Origin: a virus | Virus record (IMG/VR): IMGVR_UViG_3300044837_000097 | Span: 18,716-82,715 of that record | Reading direction: 5' to 3' (one strand) | Length of the DNA: 64,000 nucleotides | In this document: piece after piece, positions 36,161-46,087 of the stretch | Layout of the letters: every line of letters starts with the position of its first letter | How positions within the stretch are numbered: the stretch's first letter is position 1 | The notes under the pieces: model-generated | Databases searched by the model: none | Seen by the model: only the letters and a program-made list of their open reading frames with translations | Told to the model about the DNA's origin: nothing | Translations under genes and position numbers: made by a program

Positions 36161-36313
36161 GGTTGTTTCTCCATGTGTTGAATTTTTCGTCGATACTGGC
36201 CCTCTCCGCTCGGATTTGTTCGATGCGCTCAACGATGCGCGCCGGGTCAACTTGTTGCTCCCCCGCCCGGAAGGGTATGGGAAGCAGAATTTTATTGTCC
36301 AAAGTGGACTCCG

Positions 36314-36679
36314 TTAAGGAACCAGAGGGCCAGAATCATCAGCGCCAGCAAGGACATCCCCACCGTCGTCGTTATCAGTCTCGCCATCCTCGTCCAATCG
36401 AATGATGTCTGCATGTTCATACAGGTTACCCTCGCCCGTTGTAATTGTCAAGTCCAAAACCGTGCCCAGTTGAATCTCTGGGTTCGACAAGATGTCGGAG
36501 TCGGCGGGCAGGACCGTGCCCACTGGCTTGATAAGAATCTCTTCGTACGTATCCGGGTGCTGGCGCAGAACTTCCGCCTCCACCACATTGTAGCGGTTCG
36601 GGAGCGTCTCGTCCGGCTTCAAAACCACGCGGGCGTTTTTGATGGTGTGCCCGTGACCGGGGATGTATCCGACTATCAC
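36314..36679 (-). CDS. Hypothetical acidic protein
   Basis: 121 aa. Confidence 0.55.
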   Translation of the reverse strand: MIVGYIPGHGHTIKNARVVLKPDETLPNRYNVVEAEVLRQHPDTYEEILIKPVGTVLPADSDILSNPEIQLGTVLDLTITTGEGNLYEHADIIRLDEDGETDNDDGGDVLAGADDSGPLVP

Positions 36680-36864
36680 TCGCTCACCGTCACGATGAGC
36701 TTGTCCGATAAATTGTAAGGAACCGAAACCTGTTCAAAAATCTCCGCGAGCCATCGAGTCTTCTCGCCCGTTTGCAGGATGGTGATGTCGTAGAAGCCAC
36801 CGCCCTCGGACTTGGTGGCCTCCACGACAATCCCGTTGATAAGATATTTGGCCGGGTTGTTCAT
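36676..36864 (-). CDS. Small hypothetical protein
   Basis: 62 aa, SD AAGGA. Confidence 0.55.
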   Translation of the reverse strand: MNNPAKYLINGIVVEATKSEGGGFYDITILQTGEKTRWLAEIFEQVSVPYNLSDKLIVTVSE

Positions 36865-36922
36865 TTATTCGTTGTCCTTCTTCTCGTCTTGCGCCTGTTT
36901 TTCTTTGCGTTCATGGATAGCA

Positions 36923-37195
36923 TTACGGACTTCCACGGCCTTTGCTTCGCGCCGACATCAAGTCGAGATTAGCAAGAAAACCCCCGCCTGCTCCATCGAC
37001 CATCATAGTTGGGAGTTCGCCATCCCATTTGTCGTGCATCAACTCGATGGTGCGGAGTTGTAGCAGTTCGGGCGTGATGTTCCCGACCTGTAAACGCTGC
37101 GCTTCTGCTTTCGCCTTCGCGACGATGAGGTTAGATTCCGCCTCGCCTTTCGCATTTGCAATACGCGCATTGGCTTCGCCTTCCGCCTTGGCCGC
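36923..37195 (-). pseudogene. 3' fragment of an SPFH/band-7 (prohibitin-like) gene
   Basis: Start-less frame AAKAEGEANARIANAKGEAESN...ITPELLQLRTIE...KWDGELP. Confidence 0.7.
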
Positions 37196-37528
37196 CTACT
37201 TCCCTGACTTAGCCCATTGGATAAGCGCACGACGGCTGTCACCGACGAAACGCATACACCCAATCTGAATAAACTTTTTCCTGCGCTGGGTCGTGCCGTG
37301 CGTGATGGCGCATGGAAAATCGGGGTCAGAAGAAATTTTGAGTTTGCGGCTCAAGGGGCCGTTCAACCCAACCATGATGGTTGGAAGATTAGATTTTAGC
37401 GCCGCCTTCAACGCGGAGCGATACAAAAACCAAGACATCAGGGAGTTCTCAATCATCACCTCGTCTAGGAGGGTGAAGGAGTTCGAATACTGACTAGATG
37501 GTCGGATGGTTTTCTTCATGTTAATCAC
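37196..37528 (-). CDS. Hypothetical protein with its own promoter
   Basis: 110 aa, SD AAGGA. Confidence 0.55.
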   Translation of the reverse strand: MINMKKTIRPSSQYSNSFTLLDEVMIENSLMSWFLYRSALKAALKSNLPTIMVGLNGPLSRKLKISSDPDFPCAITHGTTQRRKKFIQIGCMRFVGDSRRALIQWAKSGK

Positions 37529-37578
37529 TCAATCCTTTCACGCAGACAAGCTGCTTAATTTTCACTAACAACGAACAA

Positions 37579-37607
37579 AGTGTACTAAACCACATTCGAA
37601 ATGTCAA
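37579..37607 (-). promoter_or_regulatory. Sigma70-type promoter
   Basis: TTGACA, 17-nt spacer, TACACT. Confidence 0.75.
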
Positions 37608-37690
37608 GAACAAAATTTGCGGGTCGCCACCCAGCACGACCCAGCCAATAAGGGCCGGGATTCCGTGCTGAGGACAGAATAGTTCCCACA

Positions 37691-38059
37691 TTAACGCACG
37701 TAGCAGGACAGCTTGGCGAAGGGGTTTTCCTTCGTTTTGGTGTCAGCCAGCACGATGCTGAGGACGGTGCCGAACGCGATGGTCAATCCCGGCTGAGGCT
37801 CATACAAGCCTTTGCCGATTTTGACGTGCTCTTTGCGGACCAGCGTGCGCTCGATTTCCGCCGCCAATTGACGATGCGACATGTGCGGTACGCGGGCCTC
37901 GAAGGTGGCAACGCGCTCCGCTTCTACCTTCTTCTCGGCTTCCGCCTTTGCGATTGCTGCCGCTAAAGCCGCCTTATCTTCTGCCGACATCGTTTGCACA
38001 GGCGCTGGCTTGCGGTGACGCTTCTGATTCGGATTGTGTTTACCCTTTGATTCGGCCAT
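37691..38059 (-). CDS. Hypothetical protein
   Basis: 122 aa, SD GAGGTG. Confidence 0.7.
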   Translation of the reverse strand: MAESKGKHNPNQKRHRKPAPVQTMSAEDKAALAAAIAKAEAEKKVEAERVATFEARVPHMSHRQLAAEIERTLVRKEHVKIGKGLYEPQPGLTIAFGTVLSIVLADTKTKENPFAKLSCYVR

Positions 38060-38141
38060 CGTTAATCACCTCTCTGAATTTTCCATCCTTGTCGCTCATG
38101 CTAGTACTCCCCCGTCTAAGATAACTTCTTGAAATTTTCTT

Positions 38142-38573
38142 TTACTTCTCTTGCGCAGGCGGATTTTGTACATAATCCCAAAAAGGCTTACACTGTCTCA
38201 AAAGAGTAGGACGTTTCTCTAATGCGCCCAAGGTCACATTACACAGTGTGCACAAAATCCCGCGAACTTTCCTTCCTTTGTGGTCAACATTCGGTGTAGA
38301 CCACCGGCCATCAAACTTTTTAATTTTACAAATCGCACATCTGTTTCTCTGTTTTTGAAAAAGTCTTCTATAGCAGGCAAGCGAAAGTCCGTATTTTGAG
38401 AGAAGCCAATTCGCTCTCTTTATTTTCTTTCCCGCCCCCTTATACCATCGACGCTGCGCCGCAAGAACTTTCTTTGCAAACTTTCGACGATATGCTCGCC
38501 CTCGTTTCAATAATCTTTTCCGATTCTTTTGGTAATATTTTCTGTCATAATTCGCTCTTTTTGAGTTTCCCAT
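38142..38573 (-). CDS. Free-standing endonuclease VII-family homing endonuclease
   Basis: KYGLS...CAIC...VDH...VRGILCTLCNVTLG; AT-rich. Confidence 0.8.
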   Translation of the reverse strand: MGNSKRANYDRKYYQKNRKRLLKRGRAYRRKFAKKVLAAQRRWYKGAGKKIKRANWLLSKYGLSLACYRRLFQKQRNRCAICKIKKFDGRWSTPNVDHKGRKVRGILCTLCNVTLGALEKRPTLLRQCKPFWDYVQNPPAQEK

Positions 38574-38763
38574 CTAAAATAACCTCGGCGAACTTTCCGC
38601 TTTTGCACTTCCACATCCACTTCCCGGCGTCCTCGAAATACACCGCCTTGTGGCGGCACACGTAGCAACCGCCGCAGCGGGAGCAGATGAAAACCTTGTC
38701 TCCCACTGCATTGGTCAGTTGACAATTATGCCTCGACATCGAACTGTGCGTCACTCCTGTCAA
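38545..38763 (-). CDS. Small Cys-rich protein
   Basis: CSRCGGCYVCRH. Confidence 0.45.
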   Translation of the reverse strand: MTGVTHSSMSRHNCQLTNAVGDKVFICSRCGGCYVCRHKAVYFEDAGKWMWKCKSGKFAEVILDGKLKKSEL

Positions 38764-38769
38764 TAAGCC

Positions 38770-39093
38770 TCATACGTCCCTTCCCTCTCTCCACACAGTG
38801 AGGTGTGGCTCAACTCGGATTCCGATAGTGCCGAGTTTTTGGATGTGCTCCCCGATTGTCGGGCACGAGGAGTTGAACGCCCTTGCAATTTTCATATCGT
38901 GAGTGAAGATTGGTCGGCCTGACGGCTTGAAACCGTAAAAGTACGGCGGGGTCGCCTTTTGTTTCAACAGCACAAGGTCGGTGATTGCCAAAGCCGAGAC
39001 CTCAATTTTCTCTTCGGCGTAGTGAGGATTTCCTTTCCCCAACTGTGCGAGAAATTTCGCCGCCGCTGTGTGTACATCATCTTGATACATCAC
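38770..39093 (-). CDS. Hypothetical protein
   Basis: 107 aa, SD AAGGA. Confidence 0.6.
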   Translation of the reverse strand: MMYQDDVHTAAAKFLAQLGKGNPHYAEEKIEVSALAITDLVLLKQKATPPYFYGFKPSGRPIFTHDMKIARAFNSSCPTIGEHIQKLGTIGIRVEPHLTVWREGRDV

Positions 39094-39114
39094 GTTCCTT
39101 TCGCTTGATAAGAT

Positions 39115-39132
39115 GGGGGTCTTTCGACCCCC
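39115..39132 (-). terminator. GC hairpin with GAAA loop
   Basis: GGGGGTC-GAAA-GACCCCC. Confidence 0.5.
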
Positions 39133-39148
39133 TTGAATCGGGACCCGG

Positions 39149-39826
39149 TTACTTGCCGCTAATGCACTCTTCCAAAGTGACGCCCGACTTTGCCACTTCT
39201 GGCAGAGCTAGGATGACCTTGCAAGCTGCGACTTTGGAGCCGATGGCTGCCAGCAAACGCGCATCTTCGCGCGCTTCGCAACCCTTATCAATCTTGCCGC
39301 CGCCGAGCGAGAAGCCGAAACCCGCCGCTTGGCCTGCGCCGCTGTACGACTTGAAACATGGAACCGTGGGGAATGTTTCCGGGGCAATCGCGCTGGCGGT
39401 CTGACGCACGTCTTGGAATGAGGTGCTTTGTGCGTTCGACTGCGGGCCGTTCGATGCCGAGGAATTGGAAGTGCTGGAAGCAGAGCCACCGTTCGCCGTC
39501 TGGGACTGGGACGCGTTCGAATTGCTCTTGACGGTATTCGAGTTCGTATTCTCATTCGCGTTGGCGTTCACGTTCGTGTTGTGGACGTTGGTCTTCACGC
39601 TGTTGAGAACCGAGGTGAGATTATCGTTGGTCACATTGACCGTGCTGGAGCCGCCGTTCGCAGTTCCACCAGTGCCGCCGCTTCCACCGTTACCGCCCGG
39701 ATTGCCGCCGTTCTTCTGACAGGACGGAGTGCCCTTGCCCTTGTCCTTGCCGTTACCACAGTCATTCGCGAGCGTGAAGCTGGCGAGACCGAGGGTGAGC
39801 AAGGCTACCAAAAATGCCTTTGTCAT
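39149..39826 (-). CDS. Exported Asn/Ser/Gly-rich protein
   Basis: Signal peptide MTKAFLVALLTLGLASFTLA; low-complexity middle; Cys-containing C-terminal domain. Confidence 0.7.
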   Translation of the reverse strand: MTKAFLVALLTLGLASFTLANDCGNGKDKGKGTPSCQKNGGNPGGNGGSGGTGGTANGGSSTVNVTNDNLTSVLNSVKTNVHNTNVNANANENTNSNTVKSNSNASQSQTANGGSASSTSNSSASNGPQSNAQSTSFQDVRQTASAIAPETFPTVPCFKSYSGAGQAAGFGFSLGGGKIDKGCEAREDARLLAAIGSKVAACKVILALPEVAKSGVTLEECISGK

Positions 39827-39892
39827 AATTTCTCCCATTAATCCTGCCACACGTCGTGCTGTACGGTCAGGTGGTCGTTCTTGTTATTGTGG

Positions 39893-39921
39893 AGATTAAC
39901 AAACATCGTCGGCATTGTCAA
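39893..39921 (-). promoter_or_regulatory. Sigma70-type promoter
   Basis: TTGACA, 17-nt spacer, TAATCT. Confidence 0.65.
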
Positions 39922-40441
39922 GCACATTTTTCCAGCACCACATACAGACCTTAGGTCCTGTCGGACTATACTCGTACTCAAATAGATACTCTTTACAAAC
40001 AACACAGCGTTCCGTTGGAATAATCTTGACCTTGTCGTAAGAAGAGACTGGGGGCGCAGGTTTAGGCAAGACCCGGCAACAAACGAAGCCAAGGACCTCG
40101 TCCATGTATTCGTCCGGCTTCATCGTGTCCTGCTTGTCGAGTTTCAGTTTCTTCTTGAGTTCTTTCGTGTGGGCGGCGAGTTGCGCTTTGGTCGCGACGT
40201 TTCTGTCTTCGACCTCTTTCAGTCGAGTGTACTCGGCGCGCGCCTCCGGGGAGATAGTAAGGACAGGAGGCTTGTCCTCACGTAACTTGGTGAGCGGTGC
40301 TGCCTTAATGGAATACCAGACCCACGACGGCGGACCAGTGGTCTTAAATCCAGCGGCCTTCGTCAGCGGTTGTTCGATTCTAAAATCGGTCCCAAACTCC
40401 GCTTCAAAGCGTCGTAGGTCCGGGTTCCATCGTAGATTCAT
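39896..40441 (-). CDS. Hypothetical protein with C-terminal Zn ribbon
   Basis: CVVC...CMWC. Confidence 0.6.
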   Translation of the reverse strand: MNLRWNPDLRRFEAEFGTDFRIEQPLTKAAGFKTTGPPSWVWYSIKAAPLTKLREDKPPVLTISPEARAEYTRLKEVEDRNVATKAQLAAHTKELKKKLKLDKQDTMKPDEYMDEVLGFVCCRVLPKPAPPVSSYDKVKIIPTERCVVCKEYLFEYEYSPTGPKVCMWCWKNVLDNADDVC

Positions 40442-40710
40442 TACGTGTCGAGAATGCTTCCAATCTGTTCCAGTTTTTGTTCCACGGGCGTGCGAGTCAG
40501 CGCCTTGATAACGGCCAGCTTCTCTTCCATTTCAGTGAGTTTCAAACTGTCCTTCACAAGCGAATCAATGTCACCGTTTAGCGCCGACCACATCTCTTTC
40601 CACTGTCCGTACACGACCTGCTCTTGCTCATCCTTCGGTTCCAGTTGTTCAATCTGGTTGGTTATCCAGCCTTGTGCGAACGATACGCGTTCCAAATCAT
40701 CCATCTTCAT
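40441..40710 (-). CDS. Hypothetical coiled-coil protein
   Basis: 89 aa, coupled to its neighbours. Confidence 0.6.
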   Translation of the reverse strand: MKMDDLERVSFAQGWITNQIEQLEPKDEQEQVVYGQWKEMWSALNGDIDSLVKDSLKLTEMEEKLAVIKALTRTPVEQKLEQIGSILDT

Positions 40711-41072
40711 AATCCCATCCTGTTGCGACGGCCCTTGTCGTCGTCTTTTTCTCTGTCTTTCTCATCCAGATTGCGGAAATAATTCCGGTCTGCCAGCGAG
40801 TAGTTGATGTACAACGAGTGGAACATCACGTAACACACGTCGCAAATCGAGTGCGCTTTGAAGGTCAACGCCAGCGTGCCTTCGCAGCGGCAGAATCCGT
40901 CCTTGCAACCCAAAGCAATCTCTTTGTACTCATTATCGGAGAGCGTGATGTTGCAAATATCGCAGCGATTTTTCAGCTTGCGGCGCAAAAGGTCCCACTG
41001 CCACACATTCTTGAAAACCGTGAGAGGAGTCTCGGGATGTTTCAACCCGTGAATCCAGTTCGCAATGTTCAC
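40707..41072 (-). CDS. Hypothetical Cys-rich protein
   Basis: 121 aa, GTGA overlap. Confidence 0.5.
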   Translation of the reverse strand: MNIANWIHGLKHPETPLTVFKNVWQWDLLRRKLKNRCDICNITLSDNEYKEIALGCKDGFCRCEGTLALTFKAHSICDVCYVMFHSLYINYSLADRNYFRNLDEKDREKDDDKGRRNRMGL

Positions 41073-41575
41073 GATTGAATCCTACTTGTCCACCCATGCA
41101 GGAACTCCACGTCTTGCGGGTTGCGGTTTACCACATCCATGCAGTGATTGATGAGCACCACGCGATACGCATTGATATTGCCGTGGTCGTTCATTGCTGC
41201 CAGCGTGTTTGGTCCGAAAACTCCGTCCGAGACCACGCTGATACCTTGAGACAGAGAGACCTGCAACAGCTTTACCGCCGTCTTCACGCCGAACAGCACG
41301 CCCATGTCAAATAGTTTCTCGGCCAGCGCTTGGTCGTTAATCTGTGAGTACAGCGGCTTAACATAATGTTCACGATAGTAGGCGATAGCTTGTTCTTCTG
41401 TGAGATTTTCGATATCAGTTCCGGGCATATCAAGCGCGGTTATTCCATACTTCGTACCGATTAAATCACCCTCTCCTACCACGCCCAGAGACCAATTAGC
41501 GCGGTCATTCAGGTTCTTTTGAAAACCGCCCTCGTGTTGAAGAGTCAGTTTTATCGCTTTATTCATGTCCGCCAT
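41069..41575 (-). CDS. Endolysin, glycoside hydrolase family 108
   Basis: HEGGF...TKYGIT...LFDMGV...DGVFGPNTL...FLHGWTSR. Confidence 0.9.
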   Translation of the reverse strand: MADMNKAIKLTLQHEGGFQKNLNDRANWSLGVVGEGDLIGTKYGITALDMPGTDIENLTEEQAIAYYREHYVKPLYSQINDQALAEKLFDMGVLFGVKTAVKLLQVSLSQGISVVSDGVFGPNTLAAMNDHGNINAYRVVLINHCMDVVNRNPQDVEFLHGWTSRIQS

Positions 41576-41732
41576 GTGTTTCCTCTCCTAATTTGAACAC
41601 CCCTCTACTTTGCAAAGATAGTTACGCTTGTTCTGAGAATCTGAATACCCTCTATACCCTAAAGAAGACTCTGTCTGAATTAAATATTTCAAAGTCTTGA
41701 AAATTTTATCGGCGCGCATTTTCAAAAGCCCG

Positions 41733-42842
41733 CTAGCGCCTTTTGAATAGCGATTTTACTATCTGCCATAGTCCTTTCTCCTCGCAACTGTCATTCTCTA
41801 CCGCGTGAAAGAATCCTTCCCACACCGACAAACCCCAAGCGTCGTGCGCCTTCAACGCGCTAATTCCTAACTGGCGCGTCTCGTCTTGACGTAGCAGACT
41901 CAACCCGACGTGCGCGACTTCCTTCGCGTTGTCCGGGTCCGCCGTCCACAAAAACGGTGCCCATGAGATTGCAGGCGAGACCACCGAGGGCACACCGGCG
42001 TTGATGCCATCCGCCGTAATCATGTTGAATGACTCAGTGTATGAGACCTGTATGAGCAAATCCATGCTGCCGACGACTTCAATGAAGTCGTCCCAATAGC
42101 GCCACGGATGGCGAATGAGCGTAACGCCGGACTCTTCCAGCATCTGCTCAATGGCAAGAGACGTGAAGTTTCCGCCCTCTTCGCCCCCAACTGACATGTG
42201 AAACTCGACGGGCACTTTCAAGTGGCGTTGAATCGAAACCGCTGCCGCAGCCGCCGTCATGAAATTCTTCTGAGGACGCACGGCACCGAACGCCCCAATC
42301 TTAATTGTCTGAGTCGGCAGACCGTCCTTCGGCACTGGCGCTGGCTTCATCTTGGTGCGCGCCAACGGATACAGGTTCGGTAACAGGACCGCATCGCGAT
42401 GGAAGGTCTCGCGGAGCCACTCCACAAAACGCTCCGAATTGCCACCCACGGAAAGATTCGAGTGTTCTTGGGATAGGTGAATGTACTGGCGCAGCAAACG
42501 AACGCCTTCAAAATCGGCCTGCAAGAATCCCACATTCGAGTGAGACAAGACGACGAAGTGGATATACGGGAAATGCTCCAAGAGTGAACGCAAGTCGTGA
42601 ACGCTCAACCACGGCGCGGAGATAATGACGTGCGTCAATGGCTCCCCGTGTTCTTCTTTGTAGCCGTCGATGGCGTAAACCAAATCGATGTTATGTCGAA
42701 CCGGGAAAACCGTTACGTCGATTCCCGCTTCCTTCAAAACTTCTGCCGTCGCGAACCCGGCCACGTTCAACCCTGTGCAAGAGGAGCGCAGCCAAGCTGC
42801 GAAGTCCTTGAATGCGAGTGCTACTCGTACTTTACGCTTCAT
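41733..42842 (-). CDS. GT-B glycosyltransferase (GT4-like)
   Basis: FGAVRPQKN...DLLIQVSYTESFNMITADGINAGVPSV. Confidence 0.75.
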   Translation of the reverse strand: MKRKVRVALAFKDFAAWLRSSCTGLNVAGFATAEVLKEAGIDVTVFPVRHNIDLVYAIDGYKEEHGEPLTHVIISAPWLSVHDLRSLLEHFPYIHFVVLSHSNVGFLQADFEGVRLLRQYIHLSQEHSNLSVGGNSERFVEWLRETFHRDAVLLPNLYPLARTKMKPAPVPKDGLPTQTIKIGAFGAVRPQKNFMTAAAAAVSIQRHLKVPVEFHMSVGGEEGGNFTSLAIEQMLEESGVTLIRHPWRYWDDFIEVVGSMDLLIQVSYTESFNMITADGINAGVPSVVSPAISWAPFLWTADPDNAKEVAHVGLSLLRQDETRQLGISALKAHDAWGLSVWEGFFHAVENDSCEEKGLWQIVKSLFKRR

Positions 42843-43464
42843 TGGTTTTCTTCCTTGGGCCTGTGGCCTGATAACGCTCTGGGTGCGCTAGAAACTTTTG
42901 TAGTTCAATCGGACGATAGTCCGTGTACTCCACGGCGAACAGTCGTTGCCACTTGTGCTTCAACTGCTTCGTGAAGTCTACGCCGTGCAATTCCTTGTCA
43001 CGTTGTATACGCTCCGGGCTGTGAAAACCATCCCAGATATTATGGAAGTGTCCGTGCACGTTGACCGCAGCGCCGAGGGGCAGGCCCTCTTCCAGCGCAC
43101 CGTACGGACGGTGACCATCCGACTTTATGATGGCGTTGGCTGGCTCGTGGGTGAACAGCACGTCGCGGAAGGTGAAGCTGTCCACAGAGATGTGGAAACC
43201 GTGTTCCATCCACCACGTGTTCGAGTGAGAGCGGTCGTGGTTGCCGCGCACCAGTATCTTACGACCCGGCCACGCTTGCACCATCCACTCCCAGTCCGCG
43301 TACTTGCCGATGCCCACGTCGCCGCAGTGTATCAGCATGTCGCCTTCCTTCACTGTGTTCATCACGTTGCGGTGTATCTGTTCGGTGAAGTCACTGGGGC
43401 GCTGGCAATACGTCTCCATGCTTGCGTGTTTCAGATGGGTATCCGAAATTAAATAAACTTGCAT
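42832..43464 (-). CDS. Calcineurin-like metallophosphoesterase
   Basis: SDTH, GD, GNHD, THEP, HGHFH. Confidence 0.9.
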   Translation of the reverse strand: MQVYLISDTHLKHASMETYCQRPSDFTEQIHRNVMNTVKEGDMLIHCGDVGIGKYADWEWMVQAWPGRKILVRGNHDRSHSNTWWMEHGFHISVDSFTFRDVLFTHEPANAIIKSDGHRPYGALEEGLPLGAAVNVHGHFHNIWDGFHSPERIQRDKELHGVDFTKQLKHKWQRLFAVEYTDYRPIELQKFLAHPERYQATGPRKKTNEA

Positions 43465-43546
43465 GTTTTCGCCCTCCTGTATAAAGTCGTCGTGCCAGTC
43501 TTTCGCCGCAAACGCTTCCACTTCGGTTTTGTTTGGCAGGTAAATT

Positions 43547-43575
43547 AGGTTACTCGTCTTTCCCGAATTTGTCAA
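43547..43575 (-). promoter_or_regulatory. Sigma70-type promoter
   Basis: TTGACA, 17-nt spacer, TAACCT. Confidence 0.6.
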
Positions 43576-44321
43576 CGGTAATCTCCGCTCAAGTACGCAG
43601 CCCATTGGTCGCGCATCCAACTCGACTTCGGGTCATGTCCCTTCGAGTGGCCCTCCGGGGTAAGAAAATACTTTACCACGCGTTGCTCCAAAGGCATCGA
43701 GAGAATTTCGCCGCGTGATGCCTCCATTCCCAAAACCTGACCAACCCAATAGTCCTCGTTCGCGCCGTTCAACGTCACGCTGGCCTTCGGGAAGGTGTCC
43801 GCGATAATCGTCGCGGCCTTGCGTGAGAGGAAGTAGCCTGCTCCGCTGGCCCACGAGTACACGCGGTCCACTAACTGCATTTGACCATCTTTGTTGCGAA
43901 TCTCACGTGGCCCACACGCGCCCCACTCGCCATTGAACGTACCTGCATAGTCCGCGATTTCGTAGTTTGACTTCTCAATACGCTTCGGGTAAACGCAGCA
44001 ATCGGTGTCTACGAGCAAGACGTGGTCGAGCGCGCGGTCAGTCATCCACTGGCAGATGCCGCGCGTTTTGAAAACCAGACCCTCGTACGTATCCGGGCAT
44101 TCGAGGATAACCTCGTCCGACTTCGGGCTGTACGAGTTCTGCGGTGTCGGGTGAACCGACTTAATAACGCCGCCCAGTTCCAGCGATGGGCGACCTAGAA
44201 AGAATTTAGTCTGGATTCCACGGTCACGAAGATAAGCGCCCCACGTCCCACGAATGTTATCGTGCGCTCCCGCATCCAAATCGCGGAAGCAACTTTTAAC
44301 AGCAACGAGAAGTCGCGACAT
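43572..44321 (-). CDS. GT31-like (galactosyltransferase/Fringe) glycosyltransferase
   Basis: IRGTWG, DTYEGLVFKT, DTD, ASGAGYFLS, EDYWVG. Confidence 0.85.
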   Translation of the reverse strand: MSRLLVAVKSCFRDLDAGAHDNIRGTWGAYLRDRGIQTKFFLGRPSLELGGVIKSVHPTPQNSYSPKSDEVILECPDTYEGLVFKTRGICQWMTDRALDHVLLVDTDCCVYPKRIEKSNYEIADYAGTFNGEWGACGPREIRNKDGQMQLVDRVYSWASGAGYFLSRKAATIIADTFPKASVTLNGANEDYWVGQVLGMEASRGEILSMPLEQRVVKYFLTPEGHSKGHDPKSSWMRDQWAAYLSGDYR

Positions 44322-45231
44322 AGCTCCTCCCCAAAACCTTATCGACCAGCGCGCGGCCTTCCTTCAAACTGAGTTGAAAACCACTCGCATTCTGGTGCCC
44401 GCCGCCTCCGTACGCCTTCGCGATGGCGCTCACGTCTATGTTGCTCCCTTCTTTATTGCTGCGGAGGGAGAACTGAATGAGGCCGTCGCCGCGTTCAAAC
44501 CACAAGAGGGCGATGTCGTACCCGGCCTTGCATGCTGCGTTGCCCGCTTCGCTCACCCCGGTATACGGGATGTTGAGCACGGCGGTGCAATAATTGTGGC
44601 CCTCGAATACGAAGACGCCTTCTTGCCGGTCGGCTACAACGTTCTTCGTGTAGTATTCGATGTAACGACGAACCCCGATTCCTCCAAGTTCTGCTGTTTC
44701 GGGTGTGTCAATCATATCCCACGACTCTACAGTTCGAGGCACCGTCATAAGATACGCGTTAATCTCTTGCGATTTCGGCAGTGCCCAATTCCAGAGGTCT
44801 TGGTCCTCCGTGTAATCCACCCACCACGGGCGGTAGCTCTTATGCGGGCCCACCAATAAATGACCAGCGTTAAAATCAGGCGAGTTTTTCCCGAATAGAT
44901 AATCCCACGCGAGTCCTGCGCCGGAACGCTTCATATCGAAGGTAGCGTACGGCGCACCCTCTAACGCGGCTTGTGCCGTTTTATGGTGGTCGAGCAGACG
45001 AAAAGATTTCGCTGCGGAGTTCAGGCGGTCATTCAACTCGCGGGTGCGCAGCGAGTAGTCCACCATGATTACATCTTTGCCTGTGCAGTATGTGAAGAGT
45101 TCTTCCAGCGCCTCCGGTAGTAGGCCGTGGTTCAATCCCATCAACTCCGCTTCCGGGTATTTCTTCTTGCAAATATAAGCGGCACACCAGCCATCGGAAC
45201 AATTTGCGTGGAACAATATTAAATCCATCAA
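44296..45231 (-). CDS. DHH/DHHA1 phosphoesterase
   Basis: HANCSDG, LDHHKT, FSLRS, GGGGHQNASG. Confidence 0.9.
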   Translation of the reverse strand: MMDLILFHANCSDGWCAAYICKKKYPEAELMGLNHGLLPEALEELFTYCTGKDVIMVDYSLRTRELNDRLNSAAKSFRLLDHHKTAQAALEGAPYATFDMKRSGAGLAWDYLFGKNSPDFNAGHLLVGPHKSYRPWWVDYTEDQDLWNWALPKSQEINAYLMTVPRTVESWDMIDTPETAELGGIGVRRYIEYYTKNVVADRQEGVFVFEGHNYCTAVLNIPYTGVSEAGNAACKAGYDIALLWFERGDGLIQFSLRSNKEGSNIDVSAIAKAYGGGGHQNASGFQLSLKEGRALVDKVLGRSYVATSRCC

Positions 45232-45307
45232 ACACCTCTCTTATTAACAGGCTAAAGACGCCGCTTACCCACCGTAAACGGAGGGATTGCGCGGCTAAAT
45301 CCGTTCA

Positions 45308-46087
45308 TTACTTCACCTCTTCGTCGAACCCGTAATATTTTTTCACGCCGCGTTTCTTCAACATCATCGCGTGGCCGTCCCAAACACGGCGGCGCTTGAA
45401 TCCGTAATCCGCGTCTTCCATTTGGGGGTCCTTCTCTTGTTCTTCAATCCCCAGCCCGGGCGTCCACACGATGACCTTGCCCGCGTTCTTCATGTCGATG
45501 TACCAATCGGCGTGCTCTCCACCGATGGGTCCGATGGCCTCGTCCCACGGCACTGCCTTCATGACGTGAGTACGGGCGAGGAAGAAGTTCACCGCGATGT
45601 CAACCTTCCACAATGTGCACGCTTGCGACTTCACCAGTGGCTCATCTCTCGTCACGTCCAACGGAATTTCTTTAATGTACTGACCCGGGACGATATTCAA
45701 GTAACCTTCATACGGCCTATTATTGAAGGTGCCCGCAATCACGTCCGGCAGGCGGTATGCGTCCAATATGTCCATCATGCGAATCACGACGCGACGGATG
45801 TCGATGTCAAACTTGAAGTCGTCGCAACCAAGCAGCGTGTATTTTGTATCAACCAGTTGCACACCTGCGTTGCGCTTCTTGGTGAGCCATGTATCGCTCG
45901 GCATTTCTTTCCAAATCACTTGGGAGTAGAGCGGGTATCCGCTCGGTGTCATGGGTCTGTGCCTGTCATCGTTAACAACAATAACTTTGCACTCGGGCAG
46001 GTTTCTAGTCAGCCCGAGCAAGGCTTGACGCAAGTAGCCGGGGCGGCTACCTGCTGTTAAGATGATGGAAACGTCATTCAATGACAC
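45308..46087 (-). CDS. GT-A glycosyltransferase (GT2/GT12-like)
   Basis: RNAGVQLVDTKYTLLGCDDF; VNFFLART...WD...EH. Confidence 0.8.
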   Translation of the reverse strand: MSLNDVSIILTAGSRPGYLRQALLGLTRNLPECKVIVVNDDRHRPMTPSGYPLYSQVIWKEMPSDTWLTKKRNAGVQLVDTKYTLLGCDDFKFDIDIRRVVIRMMDILDAYRLPDVIAGTFNNRPYEGYLNIVPGQYIKEIPLDVTRDEPLVKSQACTLWKVDIAVNFFLARTHVMKAVPWDEAIGPIGGEHADWYIDMKNAGKVIVWTPGLGIEEQEKDPQMEDADYGFKRRRVWDGHAMMLKKRGVKKYYGFDEEVK

